Program-made: the position numbers and the translations under genes
The notes under the pieces: model-generated
Databases searched by the model: none
Seen by the model: the letters and a program-made list of their open reading frames with translations, nothing else
What the model was told of the DNA's origin: nothing
Shown: positions 17,277 to 25,584 of the stretch, piece after piece
Numbering within the stretch: the stretch's first letter is position 1
Layout of the letters: each line of letters begins with the position of its first letter
Origin: Opitutales bacterium
GTDB lineage: Bacteria > Verrucomicrobiota > Verrucomicrobiia > Opitutales > PNEW01
Assembly (NCBI GenBank): GCA_965219535.1
Contig: CBDCNV010000001.1
Coordinates: 1,290,001 to 1,322,000 of the forward strand
Length of the DNA: 32,000 nt
Direction: 5' to 3'

Positions 17277-17526
17277 TTAGAGATTTAAAGCTTTGCATCT
17301 GTACGAATACCCCCCTCTCTTGTCATCGCGAAGAAGGCGAAGCAGACTGCGGCGATCCAGGGGAATGTCTGTAGTGCAACGCCATTCCTCTAGATTGCTT
17401 CGTCGCGCAGCTTCTCGCAATGACAAAGGGAAAGGTGGGTTGCCTGCCAGCCATAGCCTTGGGGAAGGTTGGTCCCTAGCGCGCTTCTTCATTTACGACA
17501 TATTTAAACACCAGGGACGAAGCTTT
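17277..17526. repeat. intergenic repeat locus C (module X inverted, long imperfect hairpin, gacgaagctt)
   Basis: Module X at 17437-17504 is on the minus strand. The multi-segment hairpin at 17321-17425 has outer arms tgtcatcgcgaagaag / cttctcgcaatgaca, a middle cgaagca / tgcttcg, an apical ggggaatg / cattcctc and a 15-nt loop. gacgaagctt lies at 17516-17525. The track ORFs 17277-17492(-) and 17293-17556(+) lie entirely in this repeat. Confidence 0.7.
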
Positions 17527-17530
17527 TCTC

Positions 17531-18112
17531 CTACATCTTCCTCGTCACGACAATAATACCCGTGGACCAATTCAGTTTGGTAATAAAAAGATCATCTCTG
17601 CTCTCTAATTCATGAATTAATTTCTCCACCTTAGGGGGATGATCTGACGGCCAGTTGGGCTGGGGAAGCATGTCATCAATGATGTATATTCCACCGCGTT
17701 CCAATAAATCGATAGCACCATCCAAATCCCAATACTTTCCGGGCCACGTGTCGGCAAAAATCAAATCAAATCTCCTCCCCTTTAATTCCTTTAAAATTTT
17801 TGAACCATCGGCCACGTGGAAACCAACCCGCGTATCATCAGACAAGTGCTTTTTTGCAACCTCGACTACACGTGGATCATTATCGACAGTCATTAACGTT
17901 GAATTGCTGTCCATGCCTTCGAGAAGCCAACAGGTTGATAGCCCGGTGCCGGTTTCCAGTTCTAAAATATTCCCCGCAGGTTTTGTTGAAACAAGGCTTC
18001 TAAGTAAGCTTCCTGTTTGATAATCGGAAGCCATTTTGAATCCCATCGCCGTGGTTTCTTTTTCAATTAAAGGTACGAGCTTAGGGACCGTTAGATTTTC
18101 TTTATCATTCAT
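17531..18112 (-). CDS. class I SAM-dependent O-methyltransferase (family 3 / CCoAOMT-like)
   Basis: NILELETGTGLSTCWL (motif I), MTVDNDP and DLIFADTWPGKY. Confidence 0.8.
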   Translation of the reverse strand: MNDKENLTVPKLVPLIEKETTAMGFKMASDYQTGSLLRSLVSTKPAGNILELETGTGLSTCWLLEGMDSNSTLMTVDNDPRVVEVAKKHLSDDTRVGFHVADGSKILKELKGRRFDLIFADTWPGKYWDLDGAIDLLERGGIYIIDDMLPQPNWPSDHPPKVEKLIHELESRDDLFITKLNWSTGIIVVTRKM

Positions 18113-18144
18113 CGTCGTGTGGTGGAGATTTCAGCAGTACCTAC

Positions 18145-18822
18145 TCAGGCTTTAACGACTAACATTTTATTAGCTCCACGTTGAAACTCGTAATTGACAT
18201 TTACGACGGACAAGCTGTAGCGAGCCTCGAGTGCTTTTATAACCCCGTCCAGATGGGGTGACTGTGTTGCGTCTAACTGAGTGAGGGGAAAAAGCCGTAC
18301 CTCTTTAGAAACGCGCATCATTTCCTCTATCGCTTGAATATGGAAGTCGAGGTCGAGATACTTACTATAGAGAAAGAGAAAGTGTGAAACCAGGCATAGG
18401 TCGAAAGTGGAATCCTCAAAAGGAAGATTGGGTACACTGCCAGTAATATAGCGGCCTTCACTAAGACCCAATTCAAAATCGTCGAGAAATAGATCCATTG
18501 ACGTTGATCGAGCTTTTTCTAATTCCTCGATAGAAGCAAATCGGTCCCAGACAAATAGATGCAGATTTACCCGTGTCTGTGAGAGGACCTCTTCCTTTGC
18601 CTCTTTAAATCTATCCTCCAGCTCACGCTTACTAAACGCGTAAATAGGATCGACAGAGGTAACTTTAATCCCGCGTTTCTTAGCCTCGGCGTTGAAGCTC
18701 GCCGGGCCATCCCCACAACCGAGAATTCGTTGGTTGAAGTCCTCTTCCGTAAGTGAAAACATCAGGGTATACTCGTCGAAAGAACGCCCCCACGGTACGA
18801 CACTGTTTAGCTTTACTCCCAT
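18145..18822 (-). CDS. class I SAM-dependent methyltransferase
   Basis: The glycine-rich motif ILGCGDGPASFNAEA and the later FDLCLVSHFLF. Confidence 0.7.
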   Translation of the reverse strand: MGVKLNSVVPWGRSFDEYTLMFSLTEEDFNQRILGCGDGPASFNAEAKKRGIKVTSVDPIYAFSKRELEDRFKEAKEEVLSQTRVNLHLFVWDRFASIEELEKARSTSMDLFLDDFELGLSEGRYITGSVPNLPFEDSTFDLCLVSHFLFLYSKYLDLDFHIQAIEEMMRVSKEVRLFPLTQLDATQSPHLDGVIKALEARYSLSVVNVNYEFQRGANKMLVVKA

Positions 18823-18855
18823 TTTCTGATCGCCAATGGCTTAAGCGCGTAGCAT

Positions 18856-19230
18856 CTATACGGCTTCACCACCTTCTGGTCCGTAAAAGAATACCCAGGT
18901 AGTAAAATCATCGGTGAAATCGATAAATCTGTGTTCAACGCCGGCTGGAACAAAAAGCACTTCACCGACTTCAACGGGCTGCTTTTCATTGCCTTTTATA
19001 AATAACCCTGATCCTGAAGTTACGATGTAAATCTCATCCCTAGGGTGTGGATCCTGATTATCCTTTTTTTCCGGTTTAAATATTCCGACTTCTAAAGTGC
19101 CATGATTAAAGAGCACTTTATAAAGTTCAGAATCTTTCTCCAATTCGCTTAAGGCATTGAATAAGGTTAACCGCTTCATGAATGGGGCGTTAAATTTAAA
19201 TAAATCTAACGCCATAATTGAGCGAATCAA
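18856..19230 (-). CDS. cupin domain protein
   Basis: DEIYIVTSGSG...GEVLFVPAGVEHRF is the two-motif cupin signature. The start is uncertain (ATG at 19230 or 19215). Confidence 0.75.
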   Translation of the reverse strand: MIRSIMALDLFKFNAPFMKRLTLFNALSELEKDSELYKVLFNHGTLEVGIFKPEKKDNQDPHPRDEIYIVTSGSGLFIKGNEKQPVEVGEVLFVPAGVEHRFIDFTDDFTTWVFFYGPEGGEAV

Positions 19231-19240
19231 ATACTATTCC

Positions 19241-19861
19241 TTATTTTACTAGTCCCGCCATTTTCGCGAATGGATCCCAGGTTTTATCGGAATGCCACTC
19301 GTATTCAGCTGCGCGCGCCATGTTTAGACTCGTCTCTCGATCAAATAGTTTTTCAATCAGGCCGAGAGCCATGTCCATACCGGCGGATACACCGGATGCC
19401 GTAAAAAATTTACCATCTTCTACCCAGCGAGCTTCGGGAACCCAGTTAACCTTCGGGCCCTGGTTCGTCACCCATTTAAAGGCCATCTTGTTCGTCGTGG
19501 CTTGCCTGCCATCTAAGAGGCCAGTTCTTGCCAGGAGAGCAGTTCCCGTGCAGACCGTAGCGACGTAAGATGCTTTCTCCGCATAATCTCTTATATCGCC
19601 AATCAGTTTTTCATTATTTACTTCTTTTCGCGTCCCATAACCACCGGGAATCAATAACACGTCTACTGCGTCAAACTCGCCGAAAGCATGTTCCACAGTG
19701 CATCTCACCCCATGTGCACTTTTAATCGGGCCTTTCTTTTCCCCAAGGGTTACTATTTTCGCCATGTTCGGCCAAAAAAATTCCAGTGGCCCAAAGAAGT
19801 CCAGAATTTCAAATCCTTCGAAGAGAACACCGCCGATAGTTATTAAATGTTCTTCAGACAT
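19241..19861 (-). CDS. DJ-1/PfpI family protein (class I glutamine amidotransferase-like fold)
   Basis: The nucleophile elbow VATVCTGTALLARTGLLDGRQATT, with DVLLIPGG upstream. Confidence 0.85.
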   Translation of the reverse strand: MSEEHLITIGGVLFEGFEILDFFGPLEFFWPNMAKIVTLGEKKGPIKSAHGVRCTVEHAFGEFDAVDVLLIPGGYGTRKEVNNEKLIGDIRDYAEKASYVATVCTGTALLARTGLLDGRQATTNKMAFKWVTNQGPKVNWVPEARWVEDGKFFTASGVSAGMDMALGLIEKLFDRETSLNMARAAEYEWHSDKTWDPFAKMAGLVK

Positions 19862-19866
19862 TTTTT

Positions 19867-20559
19867 TTATGTTAATAAATCTGGCAACTCACTTAAATCT
19901 CTAATCGTTGATACGCGCTCATCAGCTTTTTGATCATCAGCGATTCGCTTGAACCAGATTCCATTAATACCAACATCACTTGCTCCTTTAATATCACGTT
20001 CATAACTGTCGCCTATCATGTGAGCGATCTGGTCGCGGGGCAATTCATTGAATATTGCGTCAAAGAAATGCCGATTCGGTTTTTCAAACCCGATCATACC
20101 CGAAGTATACACTGCTTCAAAATAATTCGAGATTTCTAACTGGTCTAATATTTTGGAAAGCTCCGGAATATGATTGGACGCAATCACATGGGAAAAACCA
20201 TTCGATGATAGCGCATTCAGAACTTGTTTGGCATCCGGCACCAACTGATAACCATGATTATGTATTATTTCTTCCCTCAGACTTTTGACCAATGGATGCG
20301 CTATCGATTCCGATACGCCATTCGCTATCATCGCTGACGAGATTTTAAAGTTTAGAAATTCCCAGAAACTCATCCCATTGAAAAGATCGACGTGTGACAC
20401 TTCAGGCGTGTGCCAGGGGAATCCATAACTCAGTTCTCGATTGATGCTCTCAATGTCAAGATGCGAGTAGCTGGATCGATTGAGAAGCGTCTGTGTGGCC
20501 CTCAACCATATCCCGGGTGCGTCTGCCAGAGTTCCATCAAAATCCCATAAGATAATCAT
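19867..20559 (-). CDS. HAD-superfamily hydrolase
   Basis: Motif I IILWDFDGTLAD, motif II ASN and motif IV GDSYERDIKGA. Confidence 0.8.
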   Translation of the reverse strand: MIILWDFDGTLADAPGIWLRATQTLLNRSSYSHLDIESINRELSYGFPWHTPEVSHVDLFNGMSFWEFLNFKISSAMIANGVSESIAHPLVKSLREEIIHNHGYQLVPDAKQVLNALSSNGFSHVIASNHIPELSKILDQLEISNYFEAVYTSGMIGFEKPNRHFFDAIFNELPRDQIAHMIGDSYERDIKGASDVGINGIWFKRIADDQKADERVSTIRDLSELPDLLT

Positions 20560-20615
20560 TAGGCTTAGTAGGGTAGGAGTAAATAGGCGTAGTTTGGTCG
20601 CGAAAGTGTGGAGTA

Positions 20616-20972
20616 TTACAATTGTTCCAATAGTTCAAAATAGTAAGCTAAAAATTCAAAGTCGTCTTTTGGATCATCGAAATATTCACCATGATCAGCT
20701 CTGAATTCATCGGCATTTGCGTTCGTTTCACCATTCCATAATCGCTCTGGAATAGCATCCCAACGACATAACTCCATCGCCACTACCCGGATTTTACACT
20801 TTGGAATTCTGTTTGAATCACAGACCGCATATACGCGACCTGTTTTCAAGGCGCTATCCCACTCATTGAGTTCTCCCTGCTGGTCCAGCCATTCAACACT
20901 CGCTGTTTTTCTTCCTTCTATGATCTGATCAATCAAATGATCCGATGTGAAGGACATGCGATATTCATTCAT
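20616..20972 (-). CDS. ASCH (PUA-like) domain protein
   Basis: LIDQIIEGRKTASVEW and the small size (118 aa) fit an ASCH domain. Confidence 0.6.
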   Translation of the reverse strand: MNEYRMSFTSDHLIDQIIEGRKTASVEWLDQQGELNEWDSALKTGRVYAVCDSNRIPKCKIRVVAMELCRWDAIPERLWNGETNANADEFRADHGEYFDDPKDDFEFLAYYFELLEQL

Positions 20973-21044
20973 TTCTTTAACCCAGAGATGTGTTCCTGTG
21001 GGTGTAATGGGGCAGCCACTATTAACCTCAAATTTCGCAGGGTA

Positions 21045-21782
21045 TCAGATTCCGTTTGGGCGCAAGTCGATGTATCTTCCCTCGTGCTGGCCAGCTTCAC
21101 CGCGCACGAGATAGATGGCGTTTGGATGTTTTTCCACGTCAACCTTCACGGTCTCACTACTGCAATAGCGCATCGTGTATCCCGCTCGCCTTCGATTACT
21201 GAAATTTGATTCGCTGGAGTGCATAAGAAATGAATCATGAATAGAGACACTCCCAGCTTCCATCTCGAGGCTGACGGCGCAGGATTCCATCTCTGGTTGG
21301 ACGATGATTTTTCTACTCAGTATTTCGTGCGACCCCGACGGTTGAGTAGCACTTTCACGGTACCCGGTGTGAGATCCCGGGATTACTCTCATCGCGGCAT
21401 TTTCACGGTCGGTATCATCGATTGCCAGCCAGACAGTGACGACGTCGGTGCCTTGAATACTCGGCCAGTACGAATTGTCCTGGTGCCAGGGAACGGTTTC
21501 CTCGCTGCGAGGCGGTTTGATGAATACGCTTGAGTAAACTAAAATCAGGTTAGGACCAAGCACCGATTGCACGGCGTCCAGCAGTCGCGGGTGCCGGCAG
21601 ATCTCGAGCCAGCGTTCATCACTTTCATGGGGCTCACTGTAATAATTTGCGTTGTCTAACTGGTCCCTCTCGATTGCTTCAGCCATGAGACGTTGATTCG
21701 ATTCAACTTCCGCTGGATCGAACACGTGGCGATACAGGCAATACCCGTCTTTGGCGAATCGAGCCGGATCGTGATTCAACAT
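21045..21782 (-). CDS. PhyH family Fe(II)/2OG oxygenase, paralog 3
   Basis: I prefer the start at ATG 21782 (MLNHDPARFAKDGYCLYRHVF...). The track's 53-codon extension overlaps the GH32 gene by 120 nt. Motifs are WHQDNSYWP (HxD) and the distal His in SIHDSFLMHSS. Confidence 0.8.
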   Translation of the reverse strand: MLNHDPARFAKDGYCLYRHVFDPAEVESNQRLMAEAIERDQLDNANYYSEPHESDERWLEICRHPRLLDAVQSVLGPNLILVYSSVFIKPPRSEETVPWHQDNSYWPSIQGTDVVTVWLAIDDTDRENAAMRVIPGSHTGYRESATQPSGSHEILSRKIIVQPEMESCAVSLEMEAGSVSIHDSFLMHSSESNFSNRRRAGYTMRYCSSETVKVDVEKHPNAIYLVRGEAGQHEGRYIDLRPNGI

Positions 21783-21819
21783 TATATTTCCGTTAGCATA
21801 CTGTCGTGGATGAGGGCGC

Positions 21820-23445
21820 TCACTCGTATATATCCTCCATCTGCCAGGCATCGATCGAAACGAGCTCAGCATCCTTGCTCTGGGAGCGCAGAGAAATGCC
21901 GACACTATCGTCGCGGCTGGGGTAGACACGCAAGGCGACACATTGCTTCCCGTTGACGAATACTTCGACGACGCTCTTATCTATGAAGACACGAAGCTTA
22001 AGCGTTTCGTCCTCTTCAATGATAATTGACCCCGTCTCGGGCGCGCGCGAAAGGACATCCGGGCTAAGCGATGAATAGGAGGAATCGACACTGATTAAAC
22101 TGTAACGAGAACCCACACGGTAACCCGTATTTCGAAAACCTCTATCTCTGAAGAAGGCGATGCGAGTAAATTCTTCTTTGTTCGGGGAACGCAATACATT
22201 CAACTCGACCATCGGCGCGTCTTTAGTGTCGATTTCAGCTATGATTTCCATCGCGTTACCGCTGATTTCGTCGATCACGATCTCTTGATTCGCCGAGAGT
22301 GTTCTCATGTCGACGTGCTGATGATCACGGCGCAGTGACTCAAGGTCACCAGCGGGTTCGGTTCCCACTTGGTCGTCGCCTATCAATGTCAGGCGCCGTG
22401 GCAGCGTCATGATTTGATTCCAACCCTCGGTGGGTTTGCCGTCATTCATGTTGAAGATAACAATGATTCCACCTTCACCGTCCGGAGTTGCGGACGGTGC
22501 GTGCACACCGGCCGGGCCATACGAGCCAAAATTGAATTTGTCGTGATGGGTGACGACAAACTTGTCACGCTGCGTATCGTAATCACCGAGCAGATACTGA
22601 CCGCCGCTCATATGGCTGAAAAACAGCAGCATGTGACGGTTCCCGATCGGCCAGAAATAAGGGCAGGCCCCATCATCCCCAACGAGCGTAAACCTGTCGC
22701 CCTCGATAAAAGGGTGTAGGTACTCCCACTTCGCCAAGTCTTTCGAGCGCAGGAGAAAATTAGCGCGGATCTTTTTACCACCGGGTCCGTCCGGCAGAGT
22801 GCCTGCCGAAAGAGAGTAGTAGACGCCATCCTTCTTCCATATGCAGGGATCGAACACGCGATAAGGCGGAGTGGATCCATCAGGATTGCGCATCGGGATG
22901 ACTGCCTTGCCCGTCACTTTTTCCCAGTTCAGCAAGAGAGGGTCGCTGGATATTGCCACCATATTGCCGACCTCCGTTCCGTGATACATGGCGATCACAC
23001 GGGAATCCTCAACAAGCGTGGCACCGGAATAACAGCATCGTTCCGGATTGGGGTAGATCGCGTAGGGGAGGTCTCGCCAGTGGATCAGATCATCACTTAC
23101 CGCGTGACCCCAGTGCTGTCGGGGGTCTTCCGGCGGATACCCTTGGTAGAAGAGATGCCAACGGCCCTGCCAGAAGCACAGTCCATTAGGATCGTTCAGG
23201 GTGTTCTCCGGATTTATATAGTGGTATATCGGCCGGTGGGGATCCCCGGAAAAATTATTCCGCGCTTCCTTAAACCGTTGAAGCAGTGGATTGTCCTTCA
23301 GTTGTGCCTCCTGCTCTTCCAAGGTATCTGCGAAGGTGTAACTGGGAACAGGTGATGTATAGTCTTCTTGTTTCTCTTTTGTCATAGTTTGTGCTTTCAA
23401 ACCCGAAGATAAGAAAGGGGTCATGTCGATCTTTTTGTAATTCAA
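21820..23445 (-). CDS. glycoside hydrolase family 32-like five-bladed propeller protein with C-terminal beta-sandwich
   Basis: LNDPNGLCFWQGRWHLFYQ, HWGHAVSDDLIHW, YSGA and RVFDP are GH32 block motifs. The EC(P) block reads GACPYF. The start is uncertain (23445, 23424 or 23385). Confidence 0.75.
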   Translation of the reverse strand: MNYKKIDMTPFLSSGLKAQTMTKEKQEDYTSPVPSYTFADTLEEQEAQLKDNPLLQRFKEARNNFSGDPHRPIYHYINPENTLNDPNGLCFWQGRWHLFYQGYPPEDPRQHWGHAVSDDLIHWRDLPYAIYPNPERCCYSGATLVEDSRVIAMYHGTEVGNMVAISSDPLLLNWEKVTGKAVIPMRNPDGSTPPYRVFDPCIWKKDGVYYSLSAGTLPDGPGGKKIRANFLLRSKDLAKWEYLHPFIEGDRFTLVGDDGACPYFWPIGNRHMLLFFSHMSGGQYLLGDYDTQRDKFVVTHHDKFNFGSYGPAGVHAPSATPDGEGGIIVIFNMNDGKPTEGWNQIMTLPRRLTLIGDDQVGTEPAGDLESLRRDHQHVDMRTLSANQEIVIDEISGNAMEIIAEIDTKDAPMVELNVLRSPNKEEFTRIAFFRDRGFRNTGYRVGSRYSLISVDSSYSSLSPDVLSRAPETGSIIIEEDETLKLRVFIDKSVVEVFVNGKQCVALRVYPSRDDSVGISLRSQSKDAELVSIDAWQMEDIYE

Positions 23446-23450
23446 ACAAC

Positions 23451-23519
23451 AAGCTTCTTCGATTGAGTCATTGTCTTATAAAGTACAAAAAGATAGACAT
23501 GACTCTTTTTAAGAAGCTT
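23451..23519 (-). terminator. long imperfect hairpin immediately after the methyltransferase stop (possible terminator or repeat relative)
   Basis: On the plus strand, aagcttcttcgattgagtcattgtc (23451-23475) pairs with gacatgactctttttaagaagctt (23496-23519). On the minus strand the hairpin is followed by GTTGTTTGAATT, a weak U-run. Confidence 0.35.
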
Positions 23520-24331
23520 CAGCTATCGACTTCAGCCAGGTGTAACACAGTCTTGTAGGGGTAGGCTATCGTTCCCCCAATACTATCAATATAGTCACCG
23601 ACTTTGATAAAGAGTCTGTCCCGAATACCCGCATCCAGAATGCGGTGGTCAGAAAACGTATTCAAAAGCTTTAAAAAGTCTGGGCGTATATAATCGCGTG
23701 ACCAGTCATAAGAAAGCGTTTTGGATTTTTTGAACTTTCCGGAATCACCAAGCTCTTTATTCTTCTTTGCGATAGAAGCCTCAATTCCCTCGTTTGGTGA
23801 CATAGGTTCAGCTTGTTCACGCAGGAAAAATGCTTGGTCGCCTTGGAAAAATTCACGGTATATCGCGTTCAGTTGCTTCCAGATCTCACGATCCAATCCA
23901 TAGGCAGTATTCCAAAAGAGGGCGATGTATCCTCCCGGTTTGAGCACCGCAGCTGATTTATGATATTTTATTGCCGGATCTACCCAGTGAAAAGACTGTG
24001 CCGCCGCGACTATCCCAAAGCGCTCACCCCGATCGTCCCAGTCTTCAAATTTCGATCGTTCAATCTGAACCTTGGGGTTGGATTGAAATTTCTTTTCGGC
24101 GATCGCGGCCATCTCATCTCCCGGTTCAACCGCAAGAACCGATTGCCCGCGAGATGCGAACATGGCCGTTGCTTTTCCCGTCCCCGCCCCGATTTCAAGA
24201 ATACGGTGACCATCATTGATACCACTCAGTTCAATGATGTCATCGATAAGTTTATCCGGATAGGAGGGCCTCACCTCTTCGTAGATTGAGGCGGCTGAGC
24301 CAAATGATACCCTTCGCTTCTCGTCGATCAT
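23519..24331 (-). CDS. class I SAM-dependent methyltransferase
   Basis: ILEIGAGTGKATAMFASRGQSVLAVEPGDEM (motifs I/II) and FHWVD. Confidence 0.8.
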   Translation of the reverse strand: MIDEKRRVSFGSAASIYEEVRPSYPDKLIDDIIELSGINDGHRILEIGAGTGKATAMFASRGQSVLAVEPGDEMAAIAEKKFQSNPKVQIERSKFEDWDDRGERFGIVAAAQSFHWVDPAIKYHKSAAVLKPGGYIALFWNTAYGLDREIWKQLNAIYREFFQGDQAFFLREQAEPMSPNEGIEASIAKKNKELGDSGKFKKSKTLSYDWSRDYIRPDFLKLLNTFSDHRILDAGIRDRLFIKVGDYIDSIGGTIAYPYKTVLHLAEVDS

Positions 24332-24399
24332 TGAAATGGTTATTATATATCGTCAGAAAAGATAGCTATTACTCACATGATGAGCTCTGCAATAACTGC

Positions 24400-24786
24400 T
24401 TATTCCGTTACGTCCTTAAAGCCGAGTATATAGCCGTCTGGGTCGACGATATAAAACTCTTTTCCCTAGGGCATCTTACGCATCGGTTGAATTACCTCAA
24501 TATCCTTGGATAAGATGTGTTCATAATAACTGTCTATGTCCGTCACGCCGAAGCATATATCTAAGTCTTCATCTTTTTTCTTTCTTTCCCTTTCTTCCCT
24601 GGAGGGACTGCCTGCCTTGAGATGGATGGAGTGTCCTTCACAACCTATTCCCGCGTAGAAATCTTCGGCACGGAAATTGATGTCGAATGACAACTCTTCA
24701 GTGTAGAATTGAAGAGATTTATCAAGGTCCGATACCACAAATTGTGGGCTCATACATGAGATTGTTTTTGAGAGTGTCATATTCAT
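24400..24786 (-). pseudogene. VOC (glyoxalase / bleomycin-resistance / dioxygenase) family gene interrupted by an in-frame TAG
   Basis: The track ORF ends ...IEVIQPMRKMP at the TAG (24466-24468). The same frame continues GKEFYIVDPDGYILGFKDVTE to a TAA at 24400-24402, which is the conserved VOC C-terminal strand. The TAG sits where VOC proteins usually have Trp (TGG). Confidence 0.75.
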
Positions 24787-24832
24787 GTATTTACAAAATA
24801 TCAGATTAACAGGAGGGGCAAGCTACATATTG

Positions 24833-25390
24833 TTAAACTTCTAAGATGGTCTGCCGGTATTGATCAAATGCAGTGGGCTGAGAATCAGAATAAAATAATG
24901 CTTTCAATTTTTCCGCATTCTCTTCCGGAGAAATAAATTCAGTATTAATTTCAAAATCATAGGGACAGAACTCGTGCACGAATCCATGTTGCCATTTGGC
25001 AAATCCGATTTGACGATCACCTCTTTTCATTTCTCGTCTCTCTAGTTCCTTTAAAGAACAATCAACTTTAACAAAGAACACTTTATAACCCTCAAGGTTC
25101 ATGACAATTTCATCCATCCAATTCTTGTTTTCAATGACATGGTCTATAATCATCGGAAAACCACAGGATCCGATCAAGGGCAGTGAACGATGGAATGCGC
25201 TTATTAGGGGTAACAGTATCTTTGGCCTTATTTCATCATCCTTTAGTTCTTTTTCATGGGCCATAAATATAAATTTATCGTTTGAAGCATAGAGAACGGG
25301 AACATCCATCGCTTCCTGGAATGCTTTAGCAATCGTCGATTTACCAGAGCTGGATGTGCCATTTAGAAATATAGCTGAACCTTTTTCCAT
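24833..25390 (-). CDS. chloramphenicol phosphotransferase-like (CPT family) P-loop kinase
   Basis: IFLNGTSSSGKSTIAKAF (P-loop), MIIDHV and VKVDCSLKELERREMKRGDRQIGFAKWQ parallel the Streptomyces CPT motifs as I remember them. Confidence 0.75.
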   Translation of the reverse strand: MEKGSAIFLNGTSSSGKSTIAKAFQEAMDVPVLYASNDKFIFMAHEKELKDDEIRPKILLPLISAFHRSLPLIGSCGFPMIIDHVIENKNWMDEIVMNLEGYKVFFVKVDCSLKELERREMKRGDRQIGFAKWQHGFVHEFCPYDFEINTEFISPEENAEKLKALFYSDSQPTAFDQYRQTILEV

Positions 25391-25451
25391 AATAATAATT
25401 GTGCTTAAAATATGAAGTAATGCGTTTTATTTGTGGCCTAGCCCATTATGA

Positions 25452-25580
25452 CTTTACGTCAACGAATGCAATTGCTACGATCCCGATGGAAACATTATTG
25501 AGTTTGTGATCAAGTACGAACAATATTATGAAATCAAAATTTGCATCACAGGTGAAGTGAAAGTGAACGAGAGAAGATAG
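25452..25580 (+). pseudogene. possible remnant of a second VOC-family gene (C-terminal strand only)
   Basis: An in-frame stretch LYVNECNCYDPDGNIIEFVIKYE... ends at the TAG 25578-25580 and is preceded directly by a TGA (25449-25451). Only the xDPDGNxIEF motif supports it. Confidence 0.3.
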
Positions 25581-25584
25581 TTCC

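Noticed and set aside
17293-17556. An 87-aa plus-strand Arg/Ser-rich ORF.
   Set aside because: It lies wholly within repeat locus C and the long hairpin, as the mirror image of the minus-strand ORF. It is a palindrome translation artefact.
21783-21941. The 53-codon N-terminal extension of PhyH paralog 3, overlapping the GH32 3' end.
   Set aside because: The extension is Arg/Pro/Ser-rich and overlaps a well-supported gene by 120 nt. The internal ATG at 21782 starts exactly at the conserved PhyH N-terminus.
24466-24468. The in-frame TAG as evidence of stop-codon reassignment or pyrrolysine.
   Set aside because: TAG terminates the sulfatase and PhyH-1 ORFs at sensible C-termini, and no pyl genes or other in-frame TAGs are seen. 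A nonsense mutation or sequencing error is the simpler explanation.
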